A DNA stretch of 64,000 nt from Polyangiaceae bacterium (GCA_044376115.1 JBILLK010000004.1:406285-470284), one strand, 5' to 3'. Positions 19,259 through 29,713 are shown, counted from the first letter of the stretch. Program-made: numbers and translations. Notes: generated from the sequence alone by a model not told the origin.

Positions 19259-20716
19259 CTAGACCATCAAGGGCTCGAGCGGGCCTTGGTATTCGGGCCG
19301 GTCTTCCAGATCGCGGTCACCGAAGTAGTTGATGTTGGTCAGCCCGACGGCGTGGCAGATGCTCGTTAGCAGCTTGTTGTGCGGCACGCGCTCCTGACTG
19401 TCGATGTTGCGCAGACGCAGGTAACGACCGAGTCGCAGCGTGCGGTTGCCGCCGCCTGCGATGATCGCCGGGTGGCGGGTGTGCTGGTTGTCGTGCCCGT
19501 CGTGACCGAACTCGTTGTGCCAAAACACGACCGTATTGTCGAGCATGCTTCCGCCCGTTGGATCGAACGGATCGGTGACCTTGGACAGCTCGTCGAGCAC
19601 AGCAGCGAAATGACCGGCGGCCCAGCGCTGGCCTGCACAATATCCCCGCCGCAAGGTCTCGAGGTTGGCGCCTCCAGCCCAGTAGTCGTGCACGAGGTTT
19701 TCGTGGAAGCGGAACTTTGAGCCGTACAGCGCCGCAGCCCCGGAGGCTTGGACCTCGGGCACGTCGGTGTAGTAGTTCGGGTAGTCGTCGAGGATGCGCA
19801 AGGTGGCGCACATGCTCCGGCCACATGCGAACGCTTGCGCGATCACTGCGGCGTGGGCGCGGGTCACGTTCTCGACGTTGCTGTAATCGCCTACCGTGCC
19901 GTTGACGTCGGGCACGTCGGTGCCGCTGGTCGTGCAGTAACCAACCATCGGGTTCGTGCCGGTCTCGATCAACTTCTTCATCGCCTCACGATGGGCCGTG
20001 ATCTTGTCCTTCTCGACGCCTTTGAGCCGCGCCTCGAGCTTGGTTAGCGCGTCCTGGCCGTGGAGCGTGATGCGGTTCTCCCCCGCCGCGTAGTCGATCA
20101 CCGGATCGCCCGGATCGGGCGGTACGAAGTCGGCCGGGAAGGCAGCTTGGAACAGCGCGCTCGGGCTGGTCTCGGCGTTGCGCGGGATGCCGGCCGAGTC
20201 GAAGCTCATGCACTTCCAGGTGCCGGCGCCTTCGACGCTGGCGGTGAGCAACACCGGCGCGCCGAGCTGGCCGTGCAAGTAGAAGTCGAGCGAAGGGTGA
20301 TTGTCGAAATTGCCTTCACGGTTGGCCGGACCTTGAGCGCCGGTGAGCAGCGTGCCCTGCTCGTTGTGACCGTGGTTGCTATAGAGGTTGGCGCGTGTGG
20401 CTTCCTTGGTGCACTGCGTGTCCAAACCATCGAGCACGGTGATCTGATCGCGCCAGGGCATCATCGCGTTCAAGATCGAGTTCTCGTACTCGAAGGACAG
20501 GCCCGAAAGCGCCTCATCCGGCGTCGCGGGCTCAGCGCCGCTGCTCTGCCGAGGGATCCAGAAATCGCGATCGACGCCGTGAGGCGTGCGCACCGCGAGA
20601 AAGCGTACCGGCCCCTGCGGCGGAGCAGCCTTCGCCGCCCTTTGTCGAAAGGCGCCGCCCATCATCGCCGCTGCAGCAGCGCCGCCCATCATGGCAAAAC
20701 GTCGTCGGCTGATCAT
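19259..20716 (-). CDS. DUF1552-family Tat-exported protein
   Basis: SRRRF Tat signal and SMLDNTVVFWHNEFG...H...PAIIAGG...GRY motifs. Lies downstream of a DUF1592 gene. Confidence 0.85.
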   Translation of the reverse strand: MISRRRFAMMGGAAAAAMMGGAFRQRAAKAAPPQGPVRFLAVRTPHGVDRDFWIPRQSSGAEPATPDEALSGLSFEYENSILNAMMPWRDQITVLDGLDTQCTKEATRANLYSNHGHNEQGTLLTGAQGPANREGNFDNHPSLDFYLHGQLGAPVLLTASVEGAGTWKCMSFDSAGIPRNAETSPSALFQAAFPADFVPPDPGDPVIDYAAGENRITLHGQDALTKLEARLKGVEKDKITAHREAMKKLIETGTNPMVGYCTTSGTDVPDVNGTVGDYSNVENVTRAHAAVIAQAFACGRSMCATLRILDDYPNYYTDVPEVQASGAAALYGSKFRFHENLVHDYWAGGANLETLRRGYCAGQRWAAGHFAAVLDELSKVTDPFDPTGGSMLDNTVVFWHNEFGHDGHDNQHTRHPAIIAGGGNRTLRLGRYLRLRNIDSQERVPHNKLLTSICHAVGLTNINYFGDRDLEDRPEYQGPLEPLMV

Positions 20717-20718
20717 GG

Positions 20719-22290
20719 CTACTTCTTCCTCTCGATGAACGATCGATCCCGCACGATGGCCACCAGCAACTCCTCGAACGAACCGCCACTCTCGATGAAG
20801 GCATCGTAGGCCTCCTTGGAGGCGCGAACCTGCATCGGCGCGCCGAACTCAGCGCCCAGCGTGAAGTGCCCAAAGCGCCGTACGAGGCAGGATTGGAACT
20901 CCTCATTCTTGGCTAGGCCCGCCGAGAGCTCGGGCGCGGTGGCGTAGAAGGTGCCGTCGAGCGTGACCTCGGCCTCGACCGGCTTGCCGTCCGCGTAGAC
21001 GGTTTGCCAAGTGCCGTTGCCTGCGAAGGTCTCGAACGAGAGGCCCACCGGGTCTGAGGTGCTGTGGCAAGCTCCGCAGGTTCCGTTCGTGCTGCGCGCG
21101 GCGGCGATCTCCTTGATGGTCGCGTCGGCGCCGACGAGCTCCTCTTGCGCAGCCACGAGGTCGATGGGGAGTGGCACGATGTCGTTGCACATGCCGTCCC
21201 GAAACACCGACATACCGCGGCGAACGACGTTGTCCCGGCCCTTTTTGCCATGCGCGACGAGCCACGCGCCCAGCGTCAAAAGGCCACCACGCTGAGCCGG
21301 GTCGAGCTCGACCTGGGCGACGCCGGTCCCGGGGTGCGTGGCACCGTAGTAGGCAGCGACCTCGGGCGTGGCCCACGTGTGCGAGGTGGAGAGCAGATCC
21401 TCCAGGCTCCCTCGACCCTGCACCACGACCTGGTTCACGTACTCATTGTACTCAGCCTCGAGCGCCGCCACGAGCTGCGGATCGAGCTCGGTCTCGTTGC
21501 CTTGGCTCTCGAGCGTCGACATCTTCAACCACTGCCAGAAGAAGCGCTGCCACATCGGCGCCGAGCGATCCATCAAGCGGCGAACGTTGTCTTCACGAAT
21601 GGCGGGATCGCGAAGCAGGCCGGCCTTTGCGTCGGCGAGCAGCTCGGCGTCCGGACCTTCATTGGTGATCGCAAAGCTGAGCAGACTGGCGATCTCGTAG
21701 TCGGTTAGCTCGACAACGCCCTCACCCACCCCGCCGATCTCGTAACGATAGAGGAACTCGGGCGATAGAAGAGCTGCCCGGACCATCGCGGCAAAGGCCC
21801 ATTCTTCACCGTAGGTTGCGACCGTATCGTCATAGACCGCCTGCAGTGCAGCGCGCTCATCCGGGGTTGGCGGCCTGCGAAAAGCTTGTTCCGGAAACCA
21901 ATCGAGGAAGCTCTGCACGCACTCGTCGGTGCCGAAGGTATCGCAGCGGGCTGCAGCTGCGCCTTGCGCCGCGACCCAACTGCCGATGGTCCGTGCGGCC
22001 TCAGTGAACTGCGACGCATTGCCGAGATCGATGCGAGCGGTGTTGGCGATGTTGGCGAGCCCGTATTCGCTCGCCCCTTCGGGCAGATTCACGGTTGGTG
22101 CGCCTGGAAAGAAGCGCTGGACCTCACCGTTGTACTGCTCGGGCGAGAGCCGCCAAACGCGCGCATCCAGCCGAGGGTCGCCGGGATCCGTTCCGGTGAT
22201 GACGTCATCGTCTTCCCCCGCTGGGTCGCCCAGCGATCCAACACAACCCACCGAAATAAGGGCGGCCACGAGAAGGGATTGGTAGCGCAC
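20719..22290 (-). CDS. DUF1587/1595/1592/1588-domain lipoprotein with CxxCH
   Basis: RLSPEQY, AFRRP, LLSPEFLYR, LTDYEIASLLSF, RGGLLT, VRRG and CGACH motifs. Confidence 0.88.
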   Translation of the reverse strand: MRYQSLLVAALISVGCVGSLGDPAGEDDDVITGTDPGDPRLDARVWRLSPEQYNGEVQRFFPGAPTVNLPEGASEYGLANIANTARIDLGNASQFTEAARTIGSWVAAQGAAAARCDTFGTDECVQSFLDWFPEQAFRRPPTPDERAALQAVYDDTVATYGEEWAFAAMVRAALLSPEFLYRYEIGGVGEGVVELTDYEIASLLSFAITNEGPDAELLADAKAGLLRDPAIREDNVRRLMDRSAPMWQRFFWQWLKMSTLESQGNETELDPQLVAALEAEYNEYVNQVVVQGRGSLEDLLSTSHTWATPEVAAYYGATHPGTGVAQVELDPAQRGGLLTLGAWLVAHGKKGRDNVVRRGMSVFRDGMCNDIVPLPIDLVAAQEELVGADATIKEIAAARSTNGTCGACHSTSDPVGLSFETFAGNGTWQTVYADGKPVEAEVTLDGTFYATAPELSAGLAKNEEFQSCLVRRFGHFTLGAEFGAPMQVRASKEAYDAFIESGGSFEELLVAIVRDRSFIERKK

Positions 22291-22509
22291 GGCCCAAGCC
22301 TAACTCAGTCGTGCAGCGGCTGGATCACTCAAGGTCGCCAGCTACGTTTGGCGACGAGAGTAACGACAACAGCCACATTGGCCTTAATCGCGGTGAGTCG
22401 AAGGCATGCGCCGTCGGCCGTGCCAACGCAAAGCGCCAGGAGGCGCATCGAATCGATGACTATGCCCAAAGGGCCGGCGTGCTGGTTGCCACATGCTATC
22501 GTCGCGTCG

Positions 22510-23064
22510 TTGCAAGAGATCCGCGTCAAAGGCTCGACATTGCTCGGCGTTTTGACCGGGGTGAGAGAGGTTTGCGGTGAGCGCGCGGAGGGCATGATCG
22601 CTGGGCTCAAAGGTGAGCTCGGGGAAACTGTGCGCACCCGGAGTCTCGTCGCCTTGGGCTGGTATCCCATTGCTTGGCACCGAGAACTCTTGGCGATGGT
22701 CGTTGCGAACGGCGGCCAGGTAGAGCTGCGCGAAGTCATCCGCACCTCGACGCGCCACAGCATGAGCTCGATTCATCGGTTGATCGTCAAAGTGTTTTCG
22801 CCCGACACCCTGCTCAGACAATCGAGCCGACTCTTCTCGAGCTTCTTCGAAGCGGAGCTGCTGACACACGTACAGGGGCCACGGCAAGTTCGTGTCGAGT
22901 GGAAAGAGTGCCACGGCTTCGACCGCAACGTTTGGCAAGCTCAGGTCATTACGGTGGACGAGCTAGTGGCAATGACCGGCTCGAAGGTAAAGAGCCGAAC
23001 GGTGACGGCTGGCGGGACCGACGGCGACTCGAGCATGAGCCTCGACCTCCATTGGCTGGCCTGA
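22510..23064 (+). CDS. Myxobacterial DUF2378/V4R-like protein
   Basis: Probable TTG start at 22510 after a TATCGT box. RVKGSTL...GWYP pattern. Confidence 0.6.
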   Translation: MQEIRVKGSTLLGVLTGVREVCGERAEGMIAGLKGELGETVRTRSLVALGWYPIAWHRELLAMVVANGGQVELREVIRTSTRHSMSSIHRLIVKVFSPDTLLRQSSRLFSSFFEAELLTHVQGPRQVRVEWKECHGFDRNVWQAQVITVDELVAMTGSKVKSRTVTAGGTDGDSSMSLDLHWLA

Positions 23065-23067
23065 GCG

Positions 23068-24594
23068 TCAACGTGCGAGGGAGGGGAAAACCCTCTTGAG
23101 GAAGCCGTTCGAGAGCAACCTCGTGGGGTCATGCGCGGCCTTGAGACCGAGCATCTGCGCAACCCCTGCAGCGTACGACTGCTCGAGTTCGGCCGAGTCA
23201 GCGTGCACGTTCTTCACCAAGTGCACCCGGCCGCCGACTGCAAATGCCATCCGTGAGAACTCAACCATGAGCTCCTCTTCCTCCGGAAAGGTCACGCGCC
23301 CCAGCTCCTCGAACGTGAAGGTCACTGCGTAGCCCGCTAGCCCGCGCGTCGATGAGAATACGAACCCCTCGCCTTCGCCCGGAAGGTAGAGCACATCGAT
23401 CAACGCGGGCACGATGCCGCGCGCGTCGAGCAGCGCGTCGGCACGCTCGAGAAAGCTCGCCAGCTTGTCGCGGGTTGCCGCCGCGTCTCCGGCGACGACT
23501 GGGATCACGTAGGTCTGCTGGCGGATGCCCATCGGAAAGCCCAAGCCTCGGAAGAAGCGTTTGACCGCATCGTTGCCGTTTTGAAAGAAGGTGAAGCCCT
23601 CGAGTTCATCCACGGCGGCCGACTTCTCCTGCGACTTCATGAATAGGTTCATCATCAGCTCGTAGCCAATGGGCCGGATCAGATCGTTCATGATCAACGC
23701 TTGCAGGGCACGGTGAAGGAACGAGGAGGGCTGATGGAAGAGGCTCGGCTTCAGCTCGACCGTGTCTCCATCTACGTACCGAGAGCGCATGACGAAACCC
23801 TGGCGCTCGGCGTTCATGTACAGAACCGCGCTGACAGCATGAGCGTCCTCGAGCGCCACCGCCTCGAGTGGGTTGACCTCGAGCGGTGCCCGATTCGGAC
23901 CGCTCGCAGGTTGGCCCTCGAGCTCAGTGACCAACAACTCGGTCAAGCTGCGCAACCCGGAGAAGCGCTCGAACTCCGTCTCCACCACGATGTTGCTGAA
24001 GCCGACCGGCAACAACTGATAGGTGATCTCAAGCACCACGCCCAGGTAACCGAAGCCGGCGATCACGCCGAAGAAAAGCTCGGCGTTTTCCGTGCGAGAA
24101 CAGCGCAGCACGACGCCCGCGAGAGTGAGCAAAGAGAACGAAACGACGTGCGTGCCCTCCTTGCCGCAGGTCGGGGAGAAACGAGAAAGCGCGTTGGTCG
24201 CGAGGGTTCCGCCAGCGGTGGTCTCACTCGAGCTGACCACCACGTACGGAACATGGCCGGCGCGCTTGGCCCTGGCCACGATCGCCCCCCACTTCGCCAA
24301 CGCACCAACGGTGATGGTGCTCGCAACGACCTCCCCGATCTGATCGAAGCCGCGCACCTGAATGACCATGCCCTCGTTCAGGGCTTGGGTGTCGAAGGCC
24401 ATTTGGCCGGCGCGAAACGATACCGTAAGACCGCGCGAGCGAGCCTCTTCCAGGTGGGCAAGGATGCTGGCTTCCGAGTCAGCTTCACGCAGCTGAGCCC
24501 AGACCTCTTGTCCGGAATACGCCGTCAGTCGGGTCTTGCCGTTCATGCTCTCTCCGCGCTCTCGCTTCAATGAAAAGCGGGAGCGTGCTGTCAC
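23068..24594 (-). CDS. FAD-binding oxidoreductase (VAO/DprE1-like)
   Basis: TAGGTLATN, ENAELFFGVIAGFGYLGVV, GGRVHLVKN and LKAAHDP motifs. Confidence 0.82.
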   Translation of the reverse strand: MTARSRFSLKRERGESMNGKTRLTAYSGQEVWAQLREADSEASILAHLEEARSRGLTVSFRAGQMAFDTQALNEGMVIQVRGFDQIGEVVASTITVGALAKWGAIVARAKRAGHVPYVVVSSSETTAGGTLATNALSRFSPTCGKEGTHVVSFSLLTLAGVVLRCSRTENAELFFGVIAGFGYLGVVLEITYQLLPVGFSNIVVETEFERFSGLRSLTELLVTELEGQPASGPNRAPLEVNPLEAVALEDAHAVSAVLYMNAERQGFVMRSRYVDGDTVELKPSLFHQPSSFLHRALQALIMNDLIRPIGYELMMNLFMKSQEKSAAVDELEGFTFFQNGNDAVKRFFRGLGFPMGIRQQTYVIPVVAGDAAATRDKLASFLERADALLDARGIVPALIDVLYLPGEGEGFVFSSTRGLAGYAVTFTFEELGRVTFPEEEELMVEFSRMAFAVGGRVHLVKNVHADSAELEQSYAAGVAQMLGLKAAHDPTRLLSNGFLKRVFPSLAR

Positions 24595-24625
24595 GCTCCC
24601 GCCCTGCGTCAGCCGATTGCCTTGC

Positions 24626-26887
24626 TTAGTTGCACGCGGTGCCGCCGGTCACGACCAAATCATCTACGTTCCAGCCCGAGCTGCTGAACACGCCAGAGGC
24701 AGTGCTGAAGCCAATCCGCACCTGCATGTTAGCGTTGGCATACGCGCTCAAGTCGAAGCCCTGGGCCAGCCAGGCGTTGTCGGCAACCCCTGGGGGACCG
24801 CCGGTCTGGAACAGGACTTGCCAACTCGTGCCGTCGAACACCTCAACCGTGTTGACCATGAACTGCGCATAGTCGCTGTTGAGCCAGCGTCGGAAGTCGA
24901 GCCGCAGGGCGGCCGCTCCCGCGGTGTTCATTACCCGGCTCGTTGCATAATATGGAGCGTGCACGCTGTTCCCGGTGTTCCCACCGAGCACCACACCCAT
25001 CACCCCGTTGTTGGGTCCGGCGGTGAAATCGATTGCCGGGTCCGGGTTTCCCGTCGCTTGGCCGGCGGAAACGGTCGTCGGTCCAATGGCCCACTGCGTG
25101 CCCAAGGTCCAGCCTTGGCTCGCGTCGGAGAACTCATCCCGCAGGAAGATCTGCGGGTTGGGGCTATTGGAAATCACGATGTCATCGATGTTCCAGCCCG
25201 ACATGTTGAAAACGCCCGCGCTGCCAATGGTGTAGCCGAAGCGGATCTGCATGGCGGCGGACTTGAACGCGGTGATGTCGTAGGTCTGACGCTGCCACGC
25301 GTTGTCAGCAATGATTTGGCTGTTGGTGGGCGAGGTGTAGACCGTGTTCCAGGTTGAGCCGTTGAAGACCTGAACGACGTTCGTGGCAAAGTTTGGGTAA
25401 TCGCTGTTGAGCCAACGCCAGAACGATAGGTGCATGCTGCCCTGCGCGGCCGCTGTGTTGATCACCGGGCTGGTGAGGTAGCGGAAGGGCACCAACGCGG
25501 TCCCGTAGTTGCCCCCGATCACTACGCCTGCCACGCCGTTGTCGTTGGTGCTCGTGTGATCCTGGGACGGGTCTGGGTTGCCCTGCGCTTGGCCAGTTGA
25601 AGCCGTAGCGGAGCCGATGCCCCACGAAGCATCGGCGGTCCAGCCGACGTTGTCGTTGAAGTCCTCGGTAAAATAGATGGCGAGCGGCGTGGGCCCATCA
25701 TCGGTCAGGCCATCACAGTCGTTGTCGACGTTGTCGCACGTCTCCGCAACCGGAGGCACATTGCTGACACAAGTGACAGCGCCGTTCTGGCATTGCAGCG
25801 TACCGGGAGCGCACACACCAACGAGCCCGGGTACGGTGCAGGCGGCGCCGCTCCCCGGGTTGCCCTCATCGGCATTGCCGTCACAGTTGTTGTCGAGCCC
25901 GTCGCAGACTTCAGCGCTGGGCTGGACGTTCTGATTGCAAACGAGGCCGCCGTTTTCACAGGCGGTGGTCCCTGCGCTGCACACCCCGAGGAGGTTGGTC
26001 ATGCAACCCACGCCGCCGCCGGGATTGCCGTCATCCGCAGCGCCGTTGCAGTCGTTGTCGAGCCCATCACAGCTCTCCGCCTGTGGCGCGTCGGGAACGC
26101 AGGCCTGTGCGCTTCCACCAACGCAGTTGTCCACCGTTACGGCGCACTCTCCGAGGCCGCAGCTGGTTTGGCCCAAGCCGTCATCCGCAGTGCCGTTGCA
26201 GTCGTTGTCGAGGCTGTCACAGCTCTCTGCGGCGGGCATGCCGGGCACGCACACTTGCAATACGCCGTTCAGACACTCGGCGACCATCGCGCTGCATTCA
26301 CCAACTCCGCAAAGGAGCACGCCAAACCCGTTGTCGACGGTGCCATCACAGTCGTTGTCGAGGTTGTCACAGCTTTCAGCGCTGGGCGTTACATCCCCGC
26401 TGCAAGCACCCCACGCGCCGGCCTTGCAGGTCTGCGTCCCCGCCGTGCAAACGCCTACGCCCTCGGTGACAATCGGCCCGCCGTAGCAGCCCTGCGTCTC
26501 GCCATCGACGCAGTCGCAGCCGTTGTCGACGTTGCCGTCGCAGTCGTTGTCGAGACCGTCGCATTCCTCGGTCTCCGGCAGGGCTTCGCCTTCACAGGCG
26601 CCAAAACTCCCGGCGTCGCAGGTCTGCTGGCCCGCAGCGCAGATGCCGACGCCCTCGGTGCCATCTGGGCCGGAGTAGCAAGACTGCGTGTCGCCATCGC
26701 CGCAACCGCCGCTTCCACCCTCTCCGGCCGTTCCGCCCTCTCCGCCGCCACCGCTTGCACCAGCAGCACCCGAGCCACCCAGACCGCCGCTACCGGCCGC
26801 AGCTCCCGTTCCTGTGTCATCGCCACAAGCAGCAAGCAGCGCCGTCCCCGCTAGCAGAGCCGTCAAAAGCTGAAGCGAACCTCTCAT
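24626..26887 (-). CDS. Lipoprotein with repeated CDGLDNDCDG (MopE-related/putative metal-binding) motifs and a duplicated C-terminal beta domain
   Basis: GGAGG SD before the ATG at 26887. Lipobox LAAC, Gly linker and about six E.CD.LDNDC.G repeats. Two GNPDP.D/RWLNSDY/SGWN.DD domains. Confidence 0.88.
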   Translation of the reverse strand: MRGSLQLLTALLAGTALLAACGDDTGTGAAAGSGGLGGSGAAGASGGGGEGGTAGEGGSGGCGDGDTQSCYSGPDGTEGVGICAAGQQTCDAGSFGACEGEALPETEECDGLDNDCDGNVDNGCDCVDGETQGCYGGPIVTEGVGVCTAGTQTCKAGAWGACSGDVTPSAESCDNLDNDCDGTVDNGFGVLLCGVGECSAMVAECLNGVLQVCVPGMPAAESCDSLDNDCNGTADDGLGQTSCGLGECAVTVDNCVGGSAQACVPDAPQAESCDGLDNDCNGAADDGNPGGGVGCMTNLLGVCSAGTTACENGGLVCNQNVQPSAEVCDGLDNNCDGNADEGNPGSGAACTVPGLVGVCAPGTLQCQNGAVTCVSNVPPVAETCDNVDNDCDGLTDDGPTPLAIYFTEDFNDNVGWTADASWGIGSATASTGQAQGNPDPSQDHTSTNDNGVAGVVIGGNYGTALVPFRYLTSPVINTAAAQGSMHLSFWRWLNSDYPNFATNVVQVFNGSTWNTVYTSPTNSQIIADNAWQRQTYDITAFKSAAMQIRFGYTIGSAGVFNMSGWNIDDIVISNSPNPQIFLRDEFSDASQGWTLGTQWAIGPTTVSAGQATGNPDPAIDFTAGPNNGVMGVVLGGNTGNSVHAPYYATSRVMNTAGAAALRLDFRRWLNSDYAQFMVNTVEVFDGTSWQVLFQTGGPPGVADNAWLAQGFDLSAYANANMQVRIGFSTASGVFSSSGWNVDDLVVTGGTACN

Positions 26888-27003
26888 GCAACCCACCTCC
26901 GCAGGCGAGGCTAGCGGCAGCGAACGTGGCTTGGCGAGCTTCGAGTGCAACGTGGTGCCGCGCTGATATCGCTTGGTGGCCCATCACCGCGTCCAATGGG
27001 GCG

Positions 27004-28230
27004 ATGAAGCCGAGTGCAATTGTAGGCGTGGGTGCGCTCTTGCTCGTGGGGATCGCGCTCTCGGCTGTGGCCGTACGCGGGCTTTCGTTGCGGCAGCGCC
27101 ACCAGTCGCTCACCGCCGAACTGCAACGACGCGTCGCTGAACACGCCAGCGTCCACGCACGTTGGGCGCCCAAACCGCTACGAGGCGAGTCCCACGAGGG
27201 CGACATGCTCGCGGAGCAGCTGCAGGTGGCGGACCAGCTCAAGCCGAAGCAAGGCCTGTTCGCCCAGAAGGATCCGGGGTGCGCGGGCGGTGAGGAAGAA
27301 CGCACCTTCTTGCAAACGCACGCCGCGCAGCTGGGCACCTTGAGGCAAGCGGCGCGTGCCTCCAGCGCGGATACCCCGCTGCCAACAGAGTACACGCTGG
27401 ATGGGCCGGCCAGCCTACCGCTAGTGCGCGTGCATCAGGTGTTGATCGCCGCCGCAGCCCTTGCAAGAGCGGCCGATTGTCTCGCCATCACCGCCGACGC
27501 GATCCGCCTCGCCCAAGCGGTGGTACCGGGTGCGGGTTTGGACGGGACGCAGCAGGCCAGCGTCAGCATCAACCGCGCGCTCATCGCGATGAGTCACTGC
27601 GCGCGCCGCGCTTCGCGCAGTGAACTCGTTCAAGCCGGTCAGGAGCTAAGCTCGCTGCTCGAGAGCCACCCTTCCCTCGCCCGCGGCGACGGCTTGGAAC
27701 GCGAACACCTCGAGAGCGCCGGCCGCTTCTTGTCCTACGCGCGCTTCGACTGGTTGCTACCAACGAACCGGCTCGAGTACGAGGAGTTCATGATCGGCGG
27801 GCAACTCAACGACGCTGCGCAGTGGTTCCTCGACCAGCAAGAGCAAGCGCGCGAGATAGGAAAGAGCGGCTACCCGAAAGCGGCCGAGCTCATTCGCGGT
27901 CTCGCGCAGAAGCAAGCCGCAACCAACAACCCGCTGCTCATGATCGCCGAACAGAGCGAGGCCGCGAGCGTACGCGACCAAACCGCGCTCGCGCGCATGC
28001 GCATCACCAGCCACTGGCTCAAGCTGCTGACTTCGAACGAACCACGCGCGGAGGCCGCCAAGGTCGCAAGCCTCGAAGACCCGTACAGCGGCCTTCCGCT
28101 GCGCGCCGATCACAACGCAGAGTCCGGCGTTCGGGTGTGGTCGGTAGGCCCGAACGGGCAAGACGATGCGGGCGCTGGAGACGACATCGCCGTAACAGAA
28201 CGCAGCGCGGATCCTTGCTCCGCGAAGTGA
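27004..28230 (+). CDS. Membrane-anchored hypothetical protein with a GspG-C-terminal-like motif
   Basis: N-terminal TM segment. C-terminal DPYSGLPL...VWSVGPNGQDDAG.GDDI. Confidence 0.65.
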   Translation: MKPSAIVGVGALLLVGIALSAVAVRGLSLRQRHQSLTAELQRRVAEHASVHARWAPKPLRGESHEGDMLAEQLQVADQLKPKQGLFAQKDPGCAGGEEERTFLQTHAAQLGTLRQAARASSADTPLPTEYTLDGPASLPLVRVHQVLIAAAALARAADCLAITADAIRLAQAVVPGAGLDGTQQASVSINRALIAMSHCARRASRSELVQAGQELSSLLESHPSLARGDGLEREHLESAGRFLSYARFDWLLPTNRLEYEEFMIGGQLNDAAQWFLDQQEQAREIGKSGYPKAAELIRGLAQKQAATNNPLLMIAEQSEAASVRDQTALARMRITSHWLKLLTSNEPRAEAAKVASLEDPYSGLPLRADHNAESGVRVWSVGPNGQDDAGAGDDIAVTERSADPCSAK

Positions 28231-28348
28231 CGCCGTAGCGTTCATTCACATCGTTTTCACACACTGTTAGCCGAGGTTTCAGCCGCCATTGGTCTGAACC
28301 CGAGATCGCTCCTTCAAGCTGCTCGAGTCAGCACCCAAGGAGATCTCA

Positions 28349-29029
28349 ATGCGTATCGTTTCGCTCAATGTCGCTCAGTTTGCCGGTAGAAGCGCCATCA
28401 TCCCGCTCGCTCGACTTCGCGCTCCCCAGATCGCACCCAGAATCGGCGCGCTTTTGGCGGCAGAAAAGCCCGACGTGGTCGCGCTGCAAGAAGCGCCAGC
28501 CAAGCTCGGCGACTTTGATCCAGTGACCGACCTCTTGGGACCAAGCCCCGTGCACGTGGTGCGCGCGCCTGGCCCACGCCACGGCCCAGCGCTGCTCACG
28601 CGGCACCCGCTGCGGCTCCCCAACGCCCAACACTTCAAGCCCGATTCGCTCAACGGCAAAGGCTGGGCCCTGGGCGAACTCCAAACCAAAGCTGGCCGCG
28701 TTTTGGTCGTTTCGCTGCACCTCGCCACGCTCTCGCCAGCGTCGCGACAGCGTCAGATCGAGCGCCTCGGAACAGAACTCGATGCCTACGATGGTCTCAA
28801 GGTCGTGGTCGGCGATGTCAATAGCGGTGGTCGGGCACCGCTTCAGCTCGCCGAGCGACTCAACCTGGTACCCTATTCAGCCGGCGCGACCTTCCCCTCC
28901 TCAGCCCCCAGCATGCGACTCGACTGGGCCTTCACCTCTGCAGAAATCACGGTTCGTTCGCTGGTTTCGCTCTCGCACCTGCCCTCCGACCACTGCGCGC
29001 TGCGGCTTGATTTGCTGCTACCGAACTGA
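28349..29029 (+). CDS. Endonuclease/exonuclease/phosphatase family protein
   Basis: IVSLNV, PDVVALQE, SLHL, GDVN, LDW and SDH motifs. AAGGAG SD. Confidence 0.9.
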   Translation: MRIVSLNVAQFAGRSAIIPLARLRAPQIAPRIGALLAAEKPDVVALQEAPAKLGDFDPVTDLLGPSPVHVVRAPGPRHGPALLTRHPLRLPNAQHFKPDSLNGKGWALGELQTKAGRVLVVSLHLATLSPASRQRQIERLGTELDAYDGLKVVVGDVNSGGRAPLQLAERLNLVPYSAGATFPSSAPSMRLDWAFTSAEITVRSLVSLSHLPSDHCALRLDLLLPN

Positions 29030-29033
29030 CCGC

Positions 29034-29333
29034 CTAGGAAGCTCGCGCCAACAAGGTCGCCGCGGCAGCGCTCGCTTGCTCGCCGGTCAGGCCGAAGCAG
29101 TCGACGATGAGCCCGCGCAATTGCGGTTCGTCCTTGGCTGCCACCGCGCCGCGCATACTCATCGCCTTCTGCACGAACTCAGGCCCTTCAGCCATGCGCG
29201 CGGAGAAAATCGCCGTCGCGCTCCGAGCCGCGACTAGCTCGAGGCCTAGCAGCTGCGAGAGGACCTCCGCCGCTCGCTCGGCGTCACCGCCCATGACTGC
29301 CCCGGCGAAATCTCGAAACGTAAGTTCACTCAT
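29034..29333 (-). CDS. Small hypothetical protein
   Basis: ATG at 29333 overlaps the end of the VOC gene (MSELTFRDFAG...). Confidence 0.6.
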   Translation of the reverse strand: MSELTFRDFAGAVMGGDAERAAEVLSQLLGLELVAARSATAIFSARMAEGPEFVQKAMSMRGAVAAKDEPQLRGLIVDCFGLTGEQASAAAATLLARAS

Positions 29334-29703
29334 GCCGTACCGCCTCCAAGCGGTGCCCATCCGGGTCTCGAATGAACGCCGCATAATAGCCAGAGTCGTA
29401 GTGCGCGCGTATCCCTGGCGCGCCCTCGTCGGTACCGCCAGCCATCAGCGCCGCAGCGTAGAATCCGTCCACTGCAGCACGCGTCGGCGCGGCGAAAGCA
29501 AGGTGAAGACCGTCCTCGGGCTGAATTGGGCCAGCCTGCTGGATGACAGCGAAGGGCGCTTCACCGCTGAAGCCAGGCGGCCCATAGCCTGCCGCGCGCG
29601 CCGTTCGGAACAGGCGCACGAACCCGAGCGGCGCGAGACACGCATCGTAAAAGGTGATCGCCCGCTCGAGTTCCGCAACCCCCAGCGAAAGATGGTCGAA
29701 CAT
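29326..29703 (-). CDS. VOC (glyoxalase-like) family protein
   Basis: FDHLSLGV, HLAFAA and YYAAFIRDPDGHRLE motifs. Confidence 0.93.
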   Translation of the reverse strand: MFDHLSLGVAELERAITFYDACLAPLGFVRLFRTARAAGYGPPGFSGEAPFAVIQQAGPIQPEDGLHLAFAAPTRAAVDGFYAAALMAGGTDEGAPGIRAHYDSGYYAAFIRDPDGHRLEAVRHE

Positions 29704-29713
29704 CGGTCGGCTG

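Noticed and set aside
28240..28345. Hairpin upstream of the EEP gene as a riboswitch
   Set aside because: One imperfect stem with no recognisable aptamer consensus.
19259..29703. Accessory block next to ileS as a mobile island
   Set aside because: No integrase, transposase, att repeats or obvious compositional shift seen.
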